DNA of 64,000 bases from Planctomycetota bacterium (lineage in GTDB: Bacteria; Planctomycetota; UBA1135; UBA2386): positions 1-64,000 of the forward strand of contig CANMWZ010000006.1 in the NCBI GenBank assembly GCA_947501605.1, written 5' to 3'. A model generated the notes under the pieces. The model ran no database searches. It saw only the letters and a program-made list of their open reading frames with translations, and was not told the DNA's origin. Of the stretch, positions 8,835 through 18,131 are shown one piece after another (the stretch's first letter is position 1; each line of letters begins with the position of its first letter). The position numbers and the translations under genes are program-made.

Positions 8835-10046
8835 TCACAGTGGCAGGATCCCCAGGTCGCGCACCATGCGCCGCCGGTCCACCTCCCAACGGTCCTCGGC
8901 CAAGAACGCGACCGTCGTCGGCCGCGCTTCCTTCGCGAGGTTCTGTTCCATCCACGCGCGGATGCGCGCGATGCGCGAATCGTCCGCGGTGTACCACGAC
9001 TCGATCAACGCCGCGCTGTTCCACACCTCGTCGCTCGCGACTGGCGAACGGTCGAGTCGCTGCCACGTCGGCATCGGCATGCTGAGCACTCCACCCGGCA
9101 ACACGCGACAGTCATAGGCCAGATAGCCGACCGTCATCGGCGCGTCGAAAGTCTCCTCCAACGAGATCGCACGTCGCGACGCCGACAAGAATCGCACCTT
9201 GCCGCCGAAGCGCTCAAGCCCGTTCGCATCGAGCTTCTTGGCGAGATCGGCATACAGCTCCGCGATCGGCTTGTCGGCATCCGGCGTCCCCGCGTCGGGC
9301 TTGCTGACTTCGAGACCACCGGCCCCTTCGACACCGCTGGCACTCGCATCGGCGAGGCTCACCACCACCGACTTCGCTTGGTAGACCCGCGCGATCACGC
9401 GCACATACACCGCCTGCTCGTCGCTGCCGACGCGCGAGCCGTAGCTCGCGAGCAGCGCGCGGTTCTCTTTCTCCCATGTCGCCAACAGCGGTTGCAGCGA
9501 TGCGACGTCGAGGCCGAACGTGCGCGCGTCGGCGATCGTCACCGTGCCAGTCGCCGCCGCCGTACCGAGCACACCGAACCCGAACGGCACGCCTTGCACC
9601 GGCAGCGCCAGGTTCATGCCACCGGCGCGCGAGATCGAGAAGCTGTAGGTCGGAAACGCCGTGCCCGGCAGCTTCGACAACGGCACCTTCTGCGGCGCGA
9701 GTGCATCGCCGACGACCATCTGTTCGCCGTAGAACTTCGCCATCGCTTCGCGCGTCGGCAGGCGCACCAGATGGAAGTCGAGCGGCAGGAAGCCGCGTTC
9801 TTCGAATCTCGCGGTCTCCTCGCCGATCGGCGTCGTCGTCAAGAACACGTCGCCCGGCCACAGGTCCTGGGTCAGTGGGTAGACCGGCATCACCTGGCTG
9901 GCGCGAACCGTGAGGCACCAGTCCTTGGCGACGCGCGCGAGTTGCGCCGACTTGTCGCCCGACGAAACGCACGCCGTCGACAGGACGGCCAGCAGCACGA
10001 TTGCACTGGCAGACGAACGCGAGAGCCACAACGAACGATGTGCCAA
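8835..10046 (-). CDS. Lipoprotein, putative gasdermin-like pore-forming fold
   Basis: TTG start with GGAGG; signal peptide and lipobox LSTA-C26; internal motifs PVYP..QDLWPGDVFL, FPTYSFSIS, VRVIARVYQAKSVVVSLAD, PMTVGYLAY. Confidence 0.65.
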   Translation of the reverse strand: MAHRSLWLSRSSASAIVLLAVLSTACVSSGDKSAQLARVAKDWCLTVRASQVMPVYPLTQDLWPGDVFLTTTPIGEETARFEERGFLPLDFHLVRLPTREAMAKFYGEQMVVGDALAPQKVPLSKLPGTAFPTYSFSISRAGGMNLALPVQGVPFGFGVLGTAAATGTVTIADARTFGLDVASLQPLLATWEKENRALLASYGSRVGSDEQAVYVRVIARVYQAKSVVVSLADASASGVEGAGGLEVSKPDAGTPDADKPIAELYADLAKKLDANGLERFGGKVRFLSASRRAISLEETFDAPMTVGYLAYDCRVLPGGVLSMPMPTWQRLDRSPVASDEVWNSAALIESWYTADDSRIARIRAWMEQNLAKEARPTTVAFLAEDRWEVDRRRMVRDLGILPL

Positions 10047-10241
10047 GGAAGCCTCCGTGCAAAGACCCAGGGTCGACCGAGAACGCTAGGTTCCTGCCCT
10101 CGAAGCCACAAGCGACGGTCGCACACAATCGGCAGATCCGACGGCTTGCCCCCCGATCCAGAGAGGCCGACGGACTGCCAAAACCGCCCTCTGCCGCACT
10201 CGGATTGCAGTTCCGCCGATGCGCCCTAGCCTCATCGCCCC

Positions 10242-13200
10242 ATGGATCCGCAGGCCGCAATCGAAGCGTTCGCCGCAATGTTCTCGCCGGGACGGCGCGA
10301 CGCCGGCATGAGACTCCACCAGTCGGGTGCCGTGCAGCAACTCGAAGGCGACCCCCGAACCGGCGAACTCACCGGCGTGGTCCTCGACCCGCGCCTCAAG
10401 AAGGGTCGCGCCCGCGTCTACGCCGCGCTGCACGCCCAGACCCCGACTCTTGCTTGCGATTGCATGGGCCCACAGCAATGCGAGCACGTCCTCGCGTTGA
10501 TGCTGCAGTTCTTCGAACAACTCGGCAACGGCGAGCAGCCCGCGGCCATGCAGAAGGCCTCGCCGGTCGTGAAGAAGCCGCGCGCCGTGAAGCCAGAAGC
10601 CAAGCCAGCTCCGCTTCGGATCGTGACGCCAAGGCCCTCGGCACGACCTTGGAGCGAGCGGCTCGAGGACATCGAGTTCGATCCCGACGGCGAGGATGCA
10701 GAGCGCACCGAGTCCTCCGTCGAACCCGTGCTCTACCTCGTCGGAGTCGAAGCCGTGCGGAAGAGCGGCCGCCTTTGCCTTTCGCCGACCAAACACCGCA
10801 TCGAGAACGGCCGTCACATGCTCGTGACGATCGGCAAGGATGCGCACGGTAGCGACCTGTCCGCTGAGGACCGGTCCATGATCAACCTGCTCGATGCAGT
10901 CCACGAGTCCAACCCCAAGTCCAGTCCGGCTCGCTACTGCATCCCCCCGTCCCTGACCGACTCGATCGTGCCGATGTTGTTCCGCACGGACCGCGTGCAA
11001 TACGTCGACGAGAGCGGCCCGGATGCCGGGACGGCGGAAGTGTTGCTCCTCGACGATGGCCCGCCTCTGACCTTCCGCCTGCGCCTCGAACGCACCAAGG
11101 ACGAAGTGCACGTGCACGGCGAACTCGCGCGCGGCGACGAAGTGCATGGCTTCGGCACGGTCCGGGCGATGCTGAGTGCCGGCTACGCGCAGATCGACGA
11201 CCGCTTCTGCAAGGTCGCGATCGCAGAAGCCGTGCCCGTCGCGCGATCGCTGCTGCAGGACGGCCCGCTGCGCTGCGATGCGCTCGATGCGCGCCACATG
11301 GTCTCGTCGATCCTCGAGCAGATCCGAATCGACCGTCACGTGGCGCCGCCCCTGATGATCCGCATGGCCGCTCCGACTTCATTGGCCCTCGTTGCCCACG
11401 TGCAACGGCCCATGCAGAAGCACGTGCCGTGCGAGATCCAGTTCGACTACGGCGGTCAACTCGTCGCCATCGAGGATCCACTACTCCTCGGCGACTTCGA
11501 CGACACGGGCTGCTCGGCTCGCGACCTCGGAGCCGAAGAAGCGGCACTCCATCGCTTCCTCGGCGAGCATCGCGAGGAGTTCGAGACCACCGGTTTCGAT
11601 AGCATGCTGCTCCTGCCGCGCAAGGGGACGATGGCGGCGCTGTCGCGTCTCGTGGCTCGCGGCGTCCGCGTCTTGGTCGACGGCAAACCGATGCTGCGTT
11701 CCTCGGGAACGCGGGTTTCGGTCACGACCGGAGTCGACTGGTTCGACGTTGCCGGTGCCGTTCAGTTCGAAGATGGCGCCGAGATTCCGCTGGCCATGGC
11801 ACTGTTGGCGGCGCGGCGCGGCGAGCGGCTCGTAGAACTCGAAGGCGGCAAGACCGGCGTCCTCCCGGAAGAACTCGCGAAGCGCTTGGGTCCGCTGTTG
11901 ACGCTTGGCGAAGAGACGGACGACGGGATCCGGATGCGCGGCAGCCAAGCCATGATGCTCGACGCCTTGCTCGACGCGCGTGCTGCCGAAGTAGTGCGCA
12001 CGGACGCTGGCTTCACCTCGATCCGCGAGCGACTCGGCAGCTTCCGTGGAGTGCAGCCGCAGCTGCCGCCGAAGGGCTTCCGAGGCGAACTGCGGCCCTA
12101 CCAGCAACTGGGACTCGGTTGGCTCCACTTCTTGCGCGAGCTCGGACTCGGCGGATGCCTCGCCGACGACATGGGACTCGGCAAGACCGTGCAGGTCCTG
12201 GCGCTGCTCCAACACGTGCACGGCGAAGGCCGTCGCGGCCTGCCATCGTTGCTCGTCGTCCCCCGGTCGTTGCTCGACAACTGGCAACGCGAAGCCGCGC
12301 GGTTCACACCGACCTTGCGCGTGCTGTTGTTCGTCGGCGCCGACCGATGGGAGACGACGCCGCCCGAAGTGCTCTGCGAGTACGACCTCGTAGTGACGAC
12401 CTACGGCACCTTGCGACTCGACGTGCAACGCTTCGACGAAGCTCAGATCACCTTCGAGTACGCGATCCTCGACGAAGCCCAGGCCATCGAGAACGAGACC
12501 AGCCTCACGTCAAAGGCGGTTCGCCTTCTGCGCGCTACACACAGGCTCGCGCTGACCGGCACCCCGGTGCAGAACCACATCGGTGAGTTGTGGGCGTTGT
12601 TCGAGTTCCTCACACCCGGCCTGCTCGGCAAGAGTCGGGCGTTCCGCGAACTCGTCGGCGCCGGTGGCCGCGCGACCGCCGACCCGACGCTGCTGCAGCG
12701 CGCGCTGGCCCCGTTCTTGTTGCGTCGCACCAAGGACCAAGTGTTGCCCGAGCTGCCGAAGAAGCAGGAGCAGGCGCTCGTGTGCGAGCTCGAAGGCACG
12801 CAGCGCAAAGCCTATGACGCGCTGCGCGAGCACTACCGCAAGGTACTGCTCTCGGGTGGAAGCGCCCTCGAGGCGAAGGAGCGCTTCGTCGCCCTCGAAG
12901 CGCTGCTGCGACTCCGCCAGGCAGCGTGTCACGAGGGATTGGTCGATCCGCGCAAGCTCGCGCGCGACTCGGCCAAGCTCTCGGTGCTCGTACCGATGCT
13001 CTCCGAGCTCGCCGCGAGCGGGCACAAGGCACTCGTGTTCTCGCAGTTCACCTCGTTCCTCGACCTCGTCAAGCAGAAGCTCGACGCCAGTAAGGTGCGC
13101 TACGAGTACCTCGACGGCAGCACGCGCGATCGTCAGTCGTGCGTGGACCGGTTCCAAGGGGAGAAGGACTGCCCGGTGTTCTTGATCAGCCTGAAGGCCG

Positions 13201-13475
13201 GCGGCTTCGGACTCAACCTCACGGCGGCCGACTACGTCTTCCTGCTCGACCCGTGGTGGAACCCAGCCGCAGAAGATCAGGCGGCGGACCGCGCTCACCG
13301 CATCGGCCAACAGCGCAAGGTCACGGTCTATCGATTGATCGCCAAGGACACGGTCGAAGAAAAGGTGCTCCATCTGCAGACGAAGAAGCGAGCACTCGTT
13401 GAATCCGTCCTCGGCGCTGATCAATCCCTGCTCGCAGAACTCACCCGCGACGACCTCAGGGATTTGCTCACCTGA
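10242..13475 (+). CDS. SWIM zinc-finger SNF2-family ATPase/helicase
   Basis: CDC...CEH SWIM motif; LRPYQ, LADDMGLGKT, DEAQ, LTGTPVQN, LLRRTK, VFSQF, SLKAGGFGLNLTAAD, QAADRAHRIGQ. Confidence 0.93.
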   Translation: MDPQAAIEAFAAMFSPGRRDAGMRLHQSGAVQQLEGDPRTGELTGVVLDPRLKKGRARVYAALHAQTPTLACDCMGPQQCEHVLALMLQFFEQLGNGEQPAAMQKASPVVKKPRAVKPEAKPAPLRIVTPRPSARPWSERLEDIEFDPDGEDAERTESSVEPVLYLVGVEAVRKSGRLCLSPTKHRIENGRHMLVTIGKDAHGSDLSAEDRSMINLLDAVHESNPKSSPARYCIPPSLTDSIVPMLFRTDRVQYVDESGPDAGTAEVLLLDDGPPLTFRLRLERTKDEVHVHGELARGDEVHGFGTVRAMLSAGYAQIDDRFCKVAIAEAVPVARSLLQDGPLRCDALDARHMVSSILEQIRIDRHVAPPLMIRMAAPTSLALVAHVQRPMQKHVPCEIQFDYGGQLVAIEDPLLLGDFDDTGCSARDLGAEEAALHRFLGEHREEFETTGFDSMLLLPRKGTMAALSRLVARGVRVLVDGKPMLRSSGTRVSVTTGVDWFDVAGAVQFEDGAEIPLAMALLAARRGERLVELEGGKTGVLPEELAKRLGPLLTLGEETDDGIRMRGSQAMMLDALLDARAAEVVRTDAGFTSIRERLGSFRGVQPQLPPKGFRGELRPYQQLGLGWLHFLRELGLGGCLADDMGLGKTVQVLALLQHVHGEGRRGLPSLLVVPRSLLDNWQREAARFTPTLRVLLFVGADRWETTPPEVLCEYDLVVTTYGTLRLDVQRFDEAQITFEYAILDEAQAIENETSLTSKAVRLLRATHRLALTGTPVQNHIGELWALFEFLTPGLLGKSRAFRELVGAGGRATADPTLLQRALAPFLLRRTKDQVLPELPKKQEQALVCELEGTQRKAYDALREHYRKVLLSGGSALEAKERFVALEALLRLRQAACHEGLVDPRKLARDSAKLSVLVPMLSELAASGHKALVFSQFTSFLDLVKQKLDASKVRYEYLDGSTRDRQSCVDRFQGEKDCPVFLISLKAGGFGLNLTAADYVFLLDPWWNPAAEDQAADRAHRIGQQRKVTVYRLIAKDTVEEKVLHLQTKKRALVESVLGADQSLLAELTRDDLRDLLT

Positions 13476-13481
13476 CGCGCG

Positions 13482-14612
13482 TCAGCCAGCGACGAAGGCA
13501 TCGATCTCGTCGGCGCGCAGGGTTGCATCGCGCCGACCTGCATCGATCAGCGCTGACAGGTAATCCCCCTGGAACATCAGCAAGCTGAGCAGCTCGCCGC
13601 CGCCGGCCTCACCAGTGCCGAGTCCGCGCGTCAAGAACCGCAACGTGCGAGGCAGGCGAGGCTCGAAGGTCGTCGCCAACGCCGCGAGATCCGTCACCGG
13701 GTCGAGCACTAGCAATTGAACTTGGCGCAGGCCGTTGTCCTTGCCCGGCGGCAACGCCGCCAGCAGTTCGTTGATGCGATGCAATCGCAGCGCGTCGCTG
13801 TGCGAGTGCTCGAAGAACAGTGCGTTGAGCATGGCACCGGCGATCTGCGCCGGCGGCGGATACGGGCCGAGTTGCGCTGGCCCTGTGGGCGGTGCTGGTC
13901 GACGCGTTGAGATCGCGAGGATGCGCGACGCGCCGAGGTGGATCGCGGGCGAGAACGGCGACGTGAAGCCGATGCTGCCGTCGCCGAACCACTCGTCATC
14001 GATCGCGATCGCCGGAAACAGCAACGGCAGCGCCGTCGACGCCATCACGTGCTCGATGCACAACGGCACGGGTCGCGTCTCGCGGTGCGGGCCGGTCCAA
14101 GCCTTCGTGCTCTGCTCGCTGATCCACGTCACACTGCGCCCGCTGTGGTAGCTTGACGCCGACAGCGCAACGCCGCGCAGGTCGCCACTCTGGATCTTCT
14201 CGCGGATGCCCGCGATGCGACCATCGGGAAGGCCGACGATCGCCTGCAAGAACGCTCGCAGCGGCGCGGTGTCGAGCAGGCTTTGCGGACGCTTCACCGG
14301 TTTGCTGCGACCGGACACCAGGCGAAGGCCGTAGCGCAGCGCACGCGACATCAGGTGGAGTCCGCTGCTGCGATAGACCGACTCCGGCTGGAGCGTCGAC
14401 CACGCGCGGCGCAGACCATCGACCCGCTGCGCGAAGTTGCCCGGCAGGCCGGCGAGCACGGCGGCGTTGACCGCGCCGGCAGAGACGCCGGTCAGGATTC
14501 GGGCCTTCAGGTCCGGATGGCGTTCGGCGATGTGGCACAAGAAGCCGACTTGGTAGGCCGCCGACGCGCCGCCACCGCTGAACACGATCGCGAGTTCGCC
14601 GCGTTCGTTCAT
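13482..14612 (-). CDS. Patatin-like phospholipase
   Basis: SGGGASAAYQVG glycine loop, GVSAG nucleophile elbow, DGS catalytic Asp. Confidence 0.9.
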   Translation of the reverse strand: MNERGELAIVFSGGGASAAYQVGFLCHIAERHPDLKARILTGVSAGAVNAAVLAGLPGNFAQRVDGLRRAWSTLQPESVYRSSGLHLMSRALRYGLRLVSGRSKPVKRPQSLLDTAPLRAFLQAIVGLPDGRIAGIREKIQSGDLRGVALSASSYHSGRSVTWISEQSTKAWTGPHRETRPVPLCIEHVMASTALPLLFPAIAIDDEWFGDGSIGFTSPFSPAIHLGASRILAISTRRPAPPTGPAQLGPYPPPAQIAGAMLNALFFEHSHSDALRLHRINELLAALPPGKDNGLRQVQLLVLDPVTDLAALATTFEPRLPRTLRFLTRGLGTGEAGGGELLSLLMFQGDYLSALIDAGRRDATLRADEIDAFVAG

Positions 14613-14958
14613 CGACGGATCATCGGCATCGCTGCCATGGCGGCTCCAGGTAGTTCTGCTGCACTTCTGGAGTCACTCGTTGCATGGGGCGGCTCGGGTG
14701 CCGACAGACCTGCAAACCGACGCGATGGTGCCTTCACGACTCTGGCGCGCAGCAGCCGCGAACGACGAGCTGCAACACAGGCACGGCGTGCTCCCGATCG
14801 CGCAACCGTTTGGGGCGATCCGGAGGCGAGCGCCGCTCGCGGCGGTTCCGCGAATTCGCACGGCATGCTCGAGGGCCAGGGTCAGGCCAGCAGAAGCGCC
14901 GCCAAGCCACCAGCAACACCGTCCACCAGCACCACGGTCAGACCACTTGGAAGTGGCC

Positions 14959-15411
14959 TCACCGCGTGCCGTGTGACGGCCGTCCGTTCGCGGACTTCGG
15001 CTGCTGCCTCGGTTGCGGCGGAGGCTTCGGCTTGGCTGTAGACGCAACCGGCACGTAGGCAGCCTCGGCCGGCGTGTAGTAGCCATCGTCGTCGATGGCG
15101 GCTGCGGTTGGCTTCTTGACCACAGGCGCAGAAACCGGAACGGTGCCGGTCTCAGGCTGCGGCGACGAAGCCACGGTTTGCGGCGACCCAGCCGGCGCCG
15201 CGGGCGTACCGGGCACAGCGGGCGTCGAACCTTCCGGCACGACAGCTACGCGAGGACGCGGTGCGTACTCGCTGAGCTTGTCTTCGTGCCGTTGCTGGTG
15301 TCGGACAGCGCTCTTGGCGATGCGATCCGCCTGCTTGGCTTGCGCCTTCGCCTGCTTGTCGCGTTCGCGAGCCCTCTTCTCGAAGGTCTGGGGCGAGCCT
15401 CTGCGTGCCAT
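14959..15411 (-). CDS. Basic, Pro-rich hypothetical protein
   Basis: N-terminus QTFEKRARERDKQAKAQAK (charged helix) followed by a low-complexity tail; GAGG before the ATG; directly downstream of the RRM gene. Confidence 0.65.
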   Translation of the reverse strand: MARRGSPQTFEKRARERDKQAKAQAKQADRIAKSAVRHQQRHEDKLSEYAPRPRVAVVPEGSTPAVPGTPAAPAGSPQTVASSPQPETGTVPVSAPVVKKPTAAAIDDDGYYTPAEAAYVPVASTAKPKPPPQPRQQPKSANGRPSHGTR

Positions 15412-15472
15412 CAGTGCCTCCGATTGAAAAGAGAGAAAGTGGAGGTGGAGCGCCGACTATGGCGCGCCGGTC

Positions 15473-15754
15473 TCAACGGTAGCCCGGACCACTCGAGCGC
15501 GGCTTGCGCTCCATGGCCTCGTTGACCTTGAGCGAGCGGCCTTCGAACTGCGTGCCATCGAGGGCCTGGATGGCGCTCTGGGCATCACCGTCCGAAGCCA
15601 TCTCAACGAACGCGAATCCGCGCGAGCGGCCCGTATCGCGATCCTGGACGATGGTGCAGGTCGACACCTTGCGGCCGCCGTCCTCAAAGAAAGCGCTCAA
15701 CGACGCTTCGGTGGTCTCAAACGACAGATTACCTACGAACAGACGCTTGCTCAT
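15473..15754 (-). CDS. RRM (RNP-1) RNA-binding protein
   Basis: MSKRLFVGNLSF (RNP2), DTGRSRGFAFVEM (RNP1), GRSLKVNEA. Confidence 0.95.
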   Translation of the reverse strand: MSKRLFVGNLSFETTEASLSAFFEDGGRKVSTCTIVQDRDTGRSRGFAFVEMASDGDAQSAIQALDGTQFEGRSLKVNEAMERKPRSSGPGYR

Positions 15755-16041
15755 GAACGAACTCCGATCGGACGCGCCGAACATCGCGAGCCTGCGCCGA
15801 GTCGCAGCGGGTCCGCCACGAACAGAATGCCTGCGTCCAGGATCCGCCTCGATGAGAGCGCGGGGACGGCAGGCTCGAGCGCAGACCGCCACGGCGGTCC
15901 ACCCAGTCGAAAAGGACACTGCAACCCCGACCTGCGTCGACTGGTACGTATGCGCCGGGGAACGCGCACTGTAGGCCTTGGCGCAGAGGATGACCAGCGC
16001 CGTGCCCGTGGCAGCCCAAGTTCGGGGTGAGGGCTAGCCGA

Positions 16042-17160
16042 TCACGAACCGCTCGAATCGGCCGATTGTCGGTCGGCATCGCGGCGCTTTTGCTCTTTCT
16101 GTTGCCGACGAAGTTCGCGGAAACCGACCAGTTTGCGCGACGACTCGTCCCACAGTTTGAGGCCCAGCGAGCGAATGCCCTCCCACATGGTCATCGGCTT
16201 CACCTGCGCGAACAGCGGGTCGGACCGGTGGCAGCGCTCCAGGTGGTAGTTGGGGATCCGAGGGCTCAGGTGATGGATGTGATGGAACCCGATGTTGCCT
16301 GAGAACCACTGCAGGACGCGGGGCAACCGGAAGAACGAACTGCCCTGCAAGGCTGCGGCGGCGAAGTCCCAGTCGTCACCGCGCTCCCAGTAGGCATCCT
16401 CGTACTGGTGTTGCAGATAGAACAGCCAGACGCCGCCACCGCCGCCGACCACCCAAATGATGCTCTGCAGGATGACGTAGTTCCAAAAGCCGAGCCAGAG
16501 AGTCATGCCCGCGACCAACGTCGCGACCGCAAAGTTCATGCGCCAGACCGAAGTTCGTTCGCGCGGGCCGGCGTGACGCGGCGGGATGCGCTGGAAGAAG
16601 ACGAACAGCACAAGGGGCGCGATGCCGAAGAGCACCACCGGATTGCGCGACAGTCGATAGGCAAATCGACGCCAGCGCGAGCTCTCGAGATACTCGCGGA
16701 CGGTCAGCGTCCAGATATCGCCGTGCCCGCGGCGGTCGAGGTCGCCGGCCGAACCGTGATGCACAGCGTGCTCACCGCGCCAGTGGTAGTACGGCGTGAA
16801 GGTCAGCACGCCGGTCACGAAGCCCCAGAAGTCGTTGGCACGACGCGAGGCGAAGAACGAGCCGTGCCCGCAATCGTGAAACAGGATGAAGGTGCGGACC
16901 AGCAAGCCGCCGCCCAGCACTGCCAACGGCACCGCGAGCCACCACGACGCCTCGACGGCAATCGACATCAGCCACCAGGTCGCGAGGTAGCTGCCAACGG
17001 TGTTGAGCAACTGCCAAGTGGCGCGGCCGGCATGCGGCACTTGGAACTTGGTGACGGCGGCCTTCCACCGCTCGGCATTCACGTCCTCGCGCGACGAAGC
17101 CAGAGTTTTGAGAGTCGCACCAGCGATGGACAGTGGAAGTGGAGTTTCGGTCGCCGCCAT
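16042..17160 (-). CDS. Membrane fatty acid desaturase
   Basis: Three His boxes HDCGH, HAVHH and HHIHH; transmembrane segments. Confidence 0.93.
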   Translation of the reverse strand: MAATETPLPLSIAGATLKTLASSREDVNAERWKAAVTKFQVPHAGRATWQLLNTVGSYLATWWLMSIAVEASWWLAVPLAVLGGGLLVRTFILFHDCGHGSFFASRRANDFWGFVTGVLTFTPYYHWRGEHAVHHGSAGDLDRRGHGDIWTLTVREYLESSRWRRFAYRLSRNPVVLFGIAPLVLFVFFQRIPPRHAGPRERTSVWRMNFAVATLVAGMTLWLGFWNYVILQSIIWVVGGGGGVWLFYLQHQYEDAYWERGDDWDFAAAALQGSSFFRLPRVLQWFSGNIGFHHIHHLSPRIPNYHLERCHRSDPLFAQVKPMTMWEGIRSLGLKLWDESSRKLVGFRELRRQQKEQKRRDADRQSADSSGS

Positions 17161-17253
17161 GTATTTGGTCTCGGTTCGTGAGTGCACCTGCACCATGCGC
17201 TCATCGGCGCATCGGCCCGGGATATTCGACCCCGTGCCGGCAGAGGACGCGGA

Positions 17254-17934
17254 TCAGCCGATCCGCCCCCCACGGGACACTCGGCGGACTGTCATGAAAA
17301 CCTCCGCAGCGTCCATGCAACACTGGTTGCCCCACGCGCGGGCCTTGTGTTCGAGGGCTCGCAACGACCGCGGGTGCGGGTAGTCGCGCAACTCACTCTC
17401 GTAGCACTTCATGGCGGCGAGCTTCTGGTCCAACACCGAGCCGATGTCAATCCAGGTGTCCGGAGTAAACCGACGGGGGAAGGCCCATTCGGTGCTGCTC
17501 GCGGTATCGAACGCCAGCACGCGCTCGATGAAGGATTCGGTTGGACGAGTCGCGACCAGGATCGCCTCGAACAGCAAGTGGTGGTCGCGATTGACGTCGC
17601 CGCCCCATTGGCAATAGACGGTGCAGGGCTTGATCTCGCGCACGACCTGCTCGATCGGCGTGATGATCTTGGTGAGGGTCAACGTGTCGAGTTGCTGGTC
17701 CGGAAAACCCAGCATGCGGACGTCCTTGACTCCAAGTGCAAGAGCCGCCGCCCGCGAATGCTCGGTCATCGGGATGTCGCGGCCCTGGTAACGGTGCGAC
17801 TGCCCCTCGCAGGCGATGACGGAGGTGACGTGATCGCCGCGAGCCGCGTGCAACGCAGCGACGCCACCGCAACCCAGAATCTCGTCGTCGGGATGGGCGG
17901 CGAGGATCAGTACTCGTTTCGGTTCGGAGTTCAC
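17254..17934 (-). CDS. PIG-L/LmbE family N-acyl deacetylase
   Basis: AHPDDE.LG.GG and D.NRDH motifs; probable GTG start at 17934. Confidence 0.92.
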   Translation of the reverse strand: MNSEPKRVLILAAHPDDEILGCGGVAALHAARGDHVTSVIACEGQSHRYQGRDIPMTEHSRAAALALGVKDVRMLGFPDQQLDTLTLTKIITPIEQVVREIKPCTVYCQWGGDVNRDHHLLFEAILVATRPTESFIERVLAFDTASSTEWAFPRRFTPDTWIDIGSVLDQKLAAMKCYESELRDYPHPRSLRALEHKARAWGNQCCMDAAEVFMTVRRVSRGGRIG

Positions 17935-18131
17935 GTTCGCGCAGAACAGTACACGGTCGGTGGCGCCGAAGCCCGTGTCCCGCGTGACCAAGCAGCGGAC
18001 CGCCGCGATTGGGTCCACGGCGGACCGCTTTCCCACATCGCCCTCGAACCAATAGCCAGGACGACAGGCTGACGGCTATCGTGCAAAGCCGCATTCCCCG
18101 CCTATTCCTCACTGGCACCCCCGGATCTGAA

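Noticed and set aside
13482..14612. Patatin as a CBASS/CapV-type defence effector
   Set aside because: No cyclase nearby; resembles the widespread stand-alone patatin subfamily (SPAIHLGA motif)
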